A stretch of DNA of 60,467 nt, from contig CAXHAT010000015.1 in NCBI GenBank assembly GCA_964014485.1, positions 1-60,467 on the forward strand, read 5' to 3'. The notes beneath the pieces were generated by a model. That model made no database searches. It was not told where the DNA came from and saw only the letters and a program-made list of their open reading frames with translations. The position numbers and the translations under genes are program-made. The DNA is from an uncultured Deferribacteres bacterium (GTDB lineage: Bacteria; Zhuqueibacterota; Zhuqueibacteria; Zhuqueibacterales; Geothermadaptataceae). Each line of letters begins with the position of its first letter. Position 1 is the stretch's first letter. Positions 59,843 through 60,467 of this stretch are shown here, piece by piece.

Positions 59843-60467
59843 ATGGACGATCAAGCGAGCCGTCGTAAAAACTCAAACTCCGTCGTAAAGCCCAAGCATA
59901 CAGATTTTCAAACAGGTTTTATTCAGGGGGCGCTCTGGATAGCGTTGTTAGCCGGGTTCGGGATCGGCGCGCACATGGCGTACATTCTCGGCAATCAAAT
60001 GCCTCTGCACACCGGATTCGTCGGCTACATTCAGCTCCACGGTCACGTTCAACTCGTCGGCTGGGCGGGGCTTTTTGTCATGGGCGTCAGCTTGCATTTC
60101 CTGCCTCGTTTGGCCAGCGTTCCTCTCTCAAATCCGAGACTCCCCAAAATCATTCTTCGATTCATGCTCCCGGCTCTGGTTTCCCGCGCCGTTTTCCACT
60201 CTATTCTGCCGTATCTCGCCGAAAGCGCGTTTTTCATTCCATGCGCCTGGCTCGTCGCGTTTTCAGGACTTCTCGAATTTATTGGCGTGCTCCTCTACAT
60301 TTTGACGCTTGTCAAAACCTTGCGGCGGGCGAGTGAAAAGGCAAAAAACGCACTCCGGCCCGTCAAACCGTTCTTGGGCATGGTGCTCGTCGGGTGGGTT
60401 GCTTTTGAAATCATAAGTCTCGCGCTTGCGATTGAAATGGCATGGAACGGCGCGGAAACATACCTGG
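59843..60467 (+). CDS. NnrS-like membrane protein (partial, runs off the window)
   Basis: Open frame from ATG 59843: ..IQLHGHVQLVGWAGLFVMGVSLHFLPRL..; not in the ORF track because it has no stop. Confidence 0.75.
   Translation, partial: MDDQASRRKNSNSVVKPKHTDFQTGFIQGALWIALLAGFGIGAHMAYILGNQMPLHTGFVGYIQLHGHVQLVGWAGLFVMGVSLHFLPRLASVPLSNPRLPKIILRFMLPALVSRAVFHSILPYLAESAFFIPCAWLVAFSGLLEFIGVLLYILTLVKTLRRASEKAKNALRPVKPFLGMVLVGWVAFEIISLALAIEMAWNGAETYL

Overview
A 60.5 kb bacterial contig end, probably from an FCB-group organism such as KSB1 or Calditrichota (inferred from secreted proteins with 'QNYPNPFNP' C-terminal domains). The first 45 bp are a Nextera adapter artefact. Housekeeping content includes pyrR-pyrB-pyrC, pyrF-pyrE, nhaC, lutBC, a class II ribonucleotide reductase with two inteins and tandem NrdR boxes, a UbiB-family kinase, ABC/TRAP/RND transporter parts and two PAS histidine kinases. 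Four things stand out. (1) An 8.2-17.8 kb minus-strand locus links a Ser/Thr kinase-TPR receptor, a duplicated uncharacterised ~107-aa domain (one copy fused to a VHL-beta domain), a GAF sigma54 activator, a candidate sigma54 promoter with upstream palindromes, and secreted fibre-like proteins. (2) A UshA-like CxU selenoprotein with a SECIS hairpin is split in two by the ORF track. (3) Many non-autonomous MITE/REP elements occur, with the same terminal repeats carrying different palindromic cores; one MITE fused two genes into an apparent 257-aa ORF. (4) Two toxin-antitoxin graveyards, one a stack of three antitoxins without intact toxins. All family assignments come from motif recognition by eye, not database searches.
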